From Candidatus Hydrothermarchaeales archaeon (lineage in GTDB: Archaea; Hydrothermarchaeota; Hydrothermarchaeia; Hydrothermarchaeales; JAZGAD01): a DNA stretch of 64,000 bases. The stretch covers positions 1-64,000 of the forward strand of contig JAZGAD010000015.1 in the NCBI GenBank assembly GCA_036444275.1, read 5' to 3'. A model generated the notes under the pieces. It saw only the letters and a program-made list of their open reading frames with translations. It had not been told where the DNA came from and searched no databases. Positions 63,446-64,000 of this stretch are shown here, one piece after another (position 1 is the first letter of the stretch; every line of letters begins with the position of its first letter). The position numbers and the translations under genes were made by a program.

Positions 63446-63883
63446 ATGTCAGCAGCGGATAAGATTGCAAGAAAGCTCAATTTCATGCAGAGATATGTCG
63501 GCTATTTGAGGTCTGTGCAAGATACCGATAAAAAGACGCTTGAAGAGGATTACGGGCTTCGAAGCTCCATCGAGCGCAACTTCCATCTTGCCATAGAGAG
63601 CGCTATAGACATAGGGGAAATTATAATCTCAGAGGAAGGATTTAACAGGCCGGAAGATTATCGTAGCGTTTTTCTCATCCTGGGCAGGCAGGGCATCTTG
63701 CCAGGGGACTTCACAGAGAGCTTTTCCCTCGCCGCTGGCTTCAGGAATATTCTAGTCCATGCATACGAAGAAGTCGATCCCGACATAGTATACGACTTTT
63801 TAACCGAAAAACTCGGTGACTTCGATGATTTTGCCAGGCATATCGCAAGATACCTAGAGAAAAAAACACAAGAAAAGAAGTGA
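63446..63883 (+). CDS. hepT: HEPN (DUF86) RNase toxin
   Basis: GFRNILVHAY Rx4H motif. Confidence 0.9.
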   Translation: MSAADKIARKLNFMQRYVGYLRSVQDTDKKTLEEDYGLRSSIERNFHLAIESAIDIGEIIISEEGFNRPEDYRSVFLILGRQGILPGDFTESFSLAAGFRNILVHAYEEVDPDIVYDFLTEKLGDFDDFARHIARYLEKKTQEKK

Positions 63884-64000
63884 AGTGAAGGCGAAGATCC
63901 TTACTGGGGACCCAGATTTCAAAGGAATAAAAGGTGTCGTGTTCATCGGCTAGTTCAAAAATTCCCAGACGGTGAGGATTGTTGTGCACGTACCTCCCTC

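Noticed and set aside
63884-64000. Possible Y1/RAYT transposase tail (RYVHNNP) on the minus strand
   Set aside because: Too short and cut by the window edge; the motif alone is insufficient

Overview
Archaeal chromosomal window. The gene content (archaeal RibC, AroA'/AroB', FwdABCD, CdhA, NadM, FlaK, Methanococcales/Thermococcales-type S-layer, MCP) suggests a euryarchaeal Wood-Ljungdahl organism such as Ca. Hydrothermarchaeota; this is inference and was not checked. Housekeeping blocks (riboflavin, purine, thiamine, NAD, aromatic amino acids, Moco/Fwd/CODH, surface proteins) are interrupted by at least five accessory patches: an AbiE TA pair, a nucleotide kinase/deaminase cluster, an AT-rich DUF488/HEPN-like island with decayed DDE transposase pieces, a TA graveyard between two moeA paralogs, and a TA array after the S-layer gene. 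The most striking structure is three copies of the S-layer gene 3' end plus terminator (73-bp identical core), each followed by toxin-antitoxin cassettes. Accessory genes bracketed by diverged duplicates of neighbouring host DNA recur at two other loci. Also notable is a signal-peptide/S-layer-like-domain fusion to isoaspartate methyltransferase. No rRNA, tRNA, CRISPR array or intact integrase was seen. All family calls come from motif recognition by eye, not database searches.
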